Positions 19,804 through 24,000 of a stretch of DNA of 24,000 nt are shown here, piece by piece. The position numbers and the translations under genes were made by a program. The DNA is taken from assembly GCF_003265155.1 (NCBI RefSeq), contig NZ_QKVO01000002.1:1-24000 (forward strand), given 5' to 3'. Under the pieces are notes generated by a model. The model searched no databases, was not told the origin of the DNA, and worked only from the letters and a program-made list of their open reading frames with translations. Each line of letters opens with the position of its first letter. Positions within the stretch are counted from its first letter, which is position 1. The stretch is from Mycoplasma wenyonii (GTDB lineage Bacteria; Bacillota_I; Bacilli_A; Mycoplasmatales; Mycoplasmoidaceae).

Positions 19804-20664
19804 CTACTTCTTATTAACTAACTGAGAGATATTCTCTATAAGTTCTTCTTCTGATGAGCTAGAAGATAATCCCAGTGAATGTTTTTCCCTTAAAGCTCTC
19901 TCCAATTGAGAAATAAAAGGAGGGCTTAAAGACAATTCTGAAAAAAAAGAAGCTGGAAGACTAAATAACTCCTTAGTGCTTTTTAAATGGGACACAATCT
20001 TTCCATTCTTAAAGACAATAATCTCATCTGCCTGTAAAAGTTCCTCCATATCGTGAGTTATAGAAATAACTGTTTTTTGATAGTCAACTACCAGCTTCTT
20101 CATTAACTTAGTTATCTCTACCTTCTCCACTGGAGAGAGCATGGAACAAGACTCATCAAATAGAAATAATGAAGGATTTAAGGCTAAAGTAGAGGCTATA
20201 GTAACTTTTTGCTTCTCTCCTCCAGAAAGATTCACTGGAGACTTATCTCTTAAATTGTGTAGATCTAAGGAATCTATAAGATTTTCTACTATTTTCTTCA
20301 TAAAAGGATTAGGAACTTTCTTGTTTTCTAGTCCAAAGGCCAGTTCCTCCTCTATAGAAGAAGTAATAAATTGGCTATCAGGATTTTGAAAGACTACTCC
20401 TAAATAGGAAAAAATCTTTTGATAGCTCATTTCTGAAATAGGCCTGTCGAATATCTTGATTACTCCTGAATCTGGTTTCAATAATCCTGTTAGTAACTTA
20501 GAAAAGGTAGACTTTCCGGATCCATTATGACCTACAATACAGTAGTATTTAGACTCTGGAAGTGAAAGGGAGAGATTGGTAATGAACTTCTGTCCCTTTA
20601 CATGAGAAAAAAAGAGTTTCTCGACAACTAAAGCGAACTTGGTTTTCTTCTCCTCTTTTTCCAT
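19804..20664 (-). CDS. ecfA1: ECF transporter ATPase subunit EcfA1 (286 aa)
   Basis: Walker A GHNGSGKST, EcfA1-type Q-loop region VVFQNPDSQF, signature LSGGEKQKV, Walker B LFLFDES, H-loop ITHD. Confidence 0.93.
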   Translation of the reverse strand: MEKEEKKTKFALVVEKLFFSHVKGQKFITNLSLSLPESKYYCIVGHNGSGKSTFSKLLTGLLKPDSGVIKIFDRPISEMSYQKIFSYLGVVFQNPDSQFITSSIEEELAFGLENKKVPNPFMKKIVENLIDSLDLHNLRDKSPVNLSGGEKQKVTIASTLALNPSLFLFDESCSMLSPVEKVEITKLMKKLVVDYQKTVISITHDMEELLQADEIIVFKNGKIVSHLKSTKELFSLPASFFSELSLSPPFISQLERALREKHSLGLSSSSSEEELIENISQLVNKK

Positions 20665-20936
20665 TAGTTAAGTGGAGTTGCAGGAATAGAGGACTGACTC
20701 TCTTTCTTTTGTTCTTTTTCGTGTTGTAATTTAAGTCTTAGGAATCTAATTGCATAGACTATAGCAATAATGAGTGCAAATCCTGCAGCTTGTCAAAAGC
20801 TTTGAGTTATTGCCAAAACAATAAATATAACTATTAAGAAGGTTCAAAGTATTATTGCAAAGATCTTTCTAACAATATATCTAACACACTTGAGTGCAAA
20901 ACCACTGACAGCCTTTCCATCTCATTTAAGTGACAT
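20664..20936 (-). CDS. Small hypothetical membrane protein (90 aa, about 2 TM) inserted between ecfT and ecfA1
   Basis: ATG 20936. MSLKWDGKAVSGFALKCVRYIVRKIFAIILWTFLIVIFIVLAITQSFWQAAGFALIIAIVYAIRFLRLKLQHEKEQKKESQSSIPATPLN. Its TAA overlaps the ecfA1 ATG (TAATG). 3 in-frame TGA. Confidence 0.5.
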
Positions 20937-20960
20937 TTCAAGTTCTAATTACCTATTTTT

Positions 20961-22202
20961 TTAAGTTGCTACTAATAACAAAGGATCTATAGGGCCAAAA
21001 CAAGAAATATAAGAAGAAGAAAATACAAAGTAAAAGCAAATAGTTATAAATACGATAGTGGCTCCAAATAAACCTAGGCTTAAGTAATTAATTGAATAAG
21101 TTCTATAGCTAGTTCTTCCAGCTTTAGGGAGATAAGCTCTCGAAATCATTGCATTCGCAAGCTCTCTAGACTTAATCATTGAAATAATAAATAGAGGTAT
21201 AAATAGAGAAAGAAAAGCAGAGGCCTTATCTCTTAATCTTCCATTCTTAAAGTCAATACCCCTACTTGATTGTGCCTTTACTATTCTCAATGTTTCGACT
21301 AATAATGAAGGAATAAATCTTATTGCTAATGAAATAACTAAAGTAATTTCCTTAACAGGTATCTTTAAGAACTTAAGTGGTCTAATTAATTGACCTATTG
21401 CAAAAGTAAATGAAGTTAAGTCAGTAGTGTGACTTAATGCACTTGACAACGCAATCATCATTACTAACTTGTTAGACATATTGAAAGCTAATAAGAATTG
21501 AAATAGAGTTACTGTATATCACTTAGGAATAAACCCTGCTATCTTCTTCCCACTAGCACTGGTTACATAAAAAGTCTTAAGTCCCTTTAAGTGGTTTTTT
21601 AAGGTACAACAATTAATTCCAGTGGTATCCTTGCAACAATCTGCTTTATTTTGCTGTGCGCACTCACAAGCTTTCTTTAATTCTTCCACACTATTTGCTG
21701 AAAAGATTTCAGAGCCCCCAGATCCCTTTGCACACTTACAACATCCTGTTCCTGTTTTGGCTGAACAGTGCTTTACAACCTCCCCTCCTAGTTGCCACCC
21801 AACTTCTATATTTGAGGTGCCATTCCCAGAACTAGAAGAATTTTGTCTCCCCCTAAAGCTAAAGGGAGAGATAGATCCTAAATCTGAATAAGCAGATGTC
21901 AAGTAGTTCTTGTCCCAAAATCCAGGATTTTTATTAAATATTCAATTAACAGTAAAAAGAAATAAATATATTCCTACATACAAGCAAAGTAATTTCTTAT
22001 ACAGTAAAGCAAAGCTCCCAGAAAAATAGAGAATTAATAAGGTAAAAGCAAGTAGTAATAAATGAAGTAATATTCCAATCTTGGAAAAGATTAGAAAAGT
22101 TAAGAGTATAAAGGCTATTAGCTTTAATACAGGATGAGCGGAAGGAACCGAAGCCCCTAACCCACCTATACTCTTAGTGGTTAGACGACTGTTAACTAAA
22201 AT
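20961..22202 (-). CDS. ecfT: ECF transporter transmembrane subunit EcfT (~413 aa) carrying a large Cys-rich insertion; probable ATT start
   Basis: Track ORFs 20961-21479 and 21519-21902 are in the same frame (= 2 mod 3), joined by TGA. N-terminus SIGGLGASVPSAHPVLKLIAFILL resembles EcfT G.Y.P..S..H.LDPR.KL. C-terminal half has IRFIPSLLVETLRIVKAQSSRGIDF (EcfT coupling-helix motif). The frame opens after TAG 22209-22211. Confidence 0.85.
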
Positions 22203-23082
22203 TTTTGACTAAATTATCTATAGACTCGGCGAGTTCCAATATATTTCTAGGTTGATATTCTCAAAGTCTTTCAAAGTAAGCATTAAAGGCAGATAACTTC
22301 TCAATAAAACTAATTACCTTAGGCTTAATTAATTCTTTTGGACAATTTCTGAAGAATGAATAAGTTGGTTGGGTTTTTTGCAACCTTCCTTCATTCAGAA
22401 AAAGAGTTGTATCCGTACTTTCAAATATGAAATCCATATTACTAGAAACCAAGATAATAGTTACTTTTTTCTTTTTAAGCTCCTTCACTAGCTCTAAGAC
22501 TTGCTCTGTGGATTGGGGATCAAGCCCCAAAGTAGGTTCATCAAAAACAATCACCTTTGGCTCAAGAATTAGTATTCCTGCTAAAGTAACTTTTCTCTTT
22601 TGACCTCCAGATAGCTTAAAGGGAGAAGAATTAACTAGTTCAAGTGGGAATGACAACTCTGAAAGTATGGCCTTTGCTTTTTCTTCTCATCTTGGAAGTT
22701 CATACTTTTGAAGATTAAAGAGAATCTTGGGACCAAAGATTATGTCTTGAAGAACAGTTTCCTTAAAAAGTTGATACTCAGGAAGTTGAAAGACTATTCC
22801 AACCTCTCTCCTGATAGCCTTATAATTTTTTAGTTTTGAGTTAAAAAAAAGAATCTTCTCTCCACTAGCATAATAAATGTTGGCTGTCTCAGATCTATGC
22901 AATCCATTTAGGTGTTCACAAAAAACACTCTTTCCAGAACCACTGGGGCCAACAATTCCATAAACTTCACCTTTCCGAAATTTAAAGGAAAAAGAATATA
23001 GTACCCTCTGACCTTTAAAAGTAGAACTTAGATTATGTACTTCAAGAGCATTAGTAGATTCAATTGTGTGATTTAGTGCAAT
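22192..23082 (-). CDS. ecfA2: ECF transporter ATPase subunit EcfA2 (~296 aa); non-canonical (ATT) start
   Basis: Walker A GPSGSGKS, EcfA2-type VFQLPEYQLFKETV, LSGGQKRKV, VIVFDEPT. The track stop at 22261 is TGA; the true stop is TAA 22192-22194. In-frame TAA lies at 23089-23091, with no ATG/GTG/TTG before the Walker A. Confidence 0.9.
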
Positions 23083-23196
23083 TTTTTTTTATATCTATAT
23101 TCTGCTAACCTATCCTTATTCAAATAGATAGCTAAACTGTCTATTCTCTTCATTTGGGAGGCTAATTTTACTCTTTGATTTTAGAGCAATTTTTTA

Positions 23197-24000
23197 CTAT
23201 AACAAAAGCAAACTTTGTGAGTCCTGAGAAAGATTACTTAATACATTGATTCCATTATTTTTGAAATCCAAAAAGTCTAGCTCTTTAAGAAATTTAGAGA
23301 CCTTAGGTATTCTATCTCTAAAGCTAAATAATCTATTGGGAACATTCTGTCAAGTCTTGTGATGCATATGCAAATCACTAACTATATAAAGTTCTTTCTT
23401 GGCTCTAGTAATACCTACAAACAAAATTCTTCTCTCTTCCTCTATGTCTTGTAAAGTGTCTGCATAATGCTTTGGGAATTTCCCTTCCACTAAGTTCAAT
23501 ATGAATACATAGTCAAATTCACAACCCTTTGCGCTGTGAACAGTAGAGAAATTAAGATATTGGTCTTCTGTGGTGTGGCTCACAAAGTGTTTCACATAAG
23601 CCAAAAGTAATTCAAATAATTCTTTCAAGCTAAAGGTTGATTGATTGCTGTAATAGGTCATAACTTTATAAAAATGAGTAATATTTCTTATTGCTTGGTG
23701 TTTTTGTCCTGCAATAATCTTCACTAGTTGTTGATTAAGGTTCTCTTTGACTCACTCCAACAAGCCCTCTTGATTCACAATAATTGTTTTAGATTCATTA
23801 ACTCTGTCCTCTCGAGAGTTACTGTTTTTATATTCAGTTTTTAAAAGCTTTCAAAGCTCTTTAATTTTTTTAATTCACTTTTTGTCTTCCTCAGAAGTTC
23901 ATCTATTCTCAAAATTAGAAGAAGTTAAGTAATTAAGACTCTTTATTAGATCTTCGGAGTATTCTTCTATTTGCTCATAGAAATAATCTGGTACCTCTTC
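23197..24000 (-). CDS. UvrD/PcrA/Rep-family DNA helicase, 3' portion (5' end beyond the window)
   Basis: The frame is open to the window edge (checked codon by codon, only TGA interruptions). Helicase motifs V/VI: STVHSAKGCEFDYVFILNLVEGKFP and EEERRILFVGITRAKKELYI. TAG 23197-23199. Confidence 0.85.

Noticed and set aside
1415-21891. Track ORFs 1415-1654(-), 6407-6607(-), 7768-7953(-), 10830-11012(-), 11222-11530(+), 16350-16574(+), 17165-17377(+), 18381-18599(+), 19304-19561(+), 20141-20389(+), 21622-21891(+)
   Set aside because: Each lies antisense to, or out of frame within, a much longer motif-supported table-4 gene. Their compositions are low-complexity and mirror the real gene. I treat them as spurious.
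23081-23090. The T9/A9 run immediately upstream of ecfA2 could be a phase-variation tract
   Set aside because: It lies outside the coding frame of a core transporter gene in a very AT-rich genome. A/T runs of 8-9 also occur inside ecfA1 (19936-19943) and ecfA2 (22844-22851) without consequence. There is no specific evidence for switching.

Overview
Low-GC (about one third G+C by eye) Mollicutes-type chromosome segment. The standard-code ORF track breaks up every long gene. The fragments of lon, polC, the ECF genes and a 1128-aa protein are each co-linear in one frame, and only TGA separates them in every junction I translated by hand. The window therefore has to be read with translation table 4 (UGA=Trp); PolC, RecU and the ECF module fit a Mycoplasma-like organism. 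Read that way it holds more than 20 tightly packed genes. These are lon (with a CIRCE-like operator); rpsI, an aldo/keto reductase, rplU, mraZ, rsmH and recU on the + strand; and polC. Also on the - strand are a giant coiled-coil gene followed by rpmB, rpsD and trmK, a permuted ECF energizing module (ecfA2, ecfT, small TM gene, ecfA1), and the 3' part of a UvrD/PcrA-type helicase. I saw no rRNA, tRNA, CRISPR, transposase or recombinase gene. The unusual part is the left 3 kb. The + strand of 1-1768 has no ORF in the track but is a tandem array of ~420-bp coding cassettes for a Cys-containing ~140-aa module, interrupted only at the inter-module linkers. It converges on two - strand genes downstream of lon. 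One (2437-3024) is a full-length paralogue with a signal sequence. The other (1776-2344) is a signal-peptide gene switched off by a C8/G8 homopolymer. Together these look like a candidate surface phase/antigenic-variation locus of a family I do not recognise. Other oddities are a 10-Cys insertion inside EcfT, conserved genes with no ATG/GTG/TTG start, and a 1128-aa coiled-coil gene overlapping rpmB. All coordinates come from hand translation. No database search was possible, so family assignments rest on recognised motifs only.
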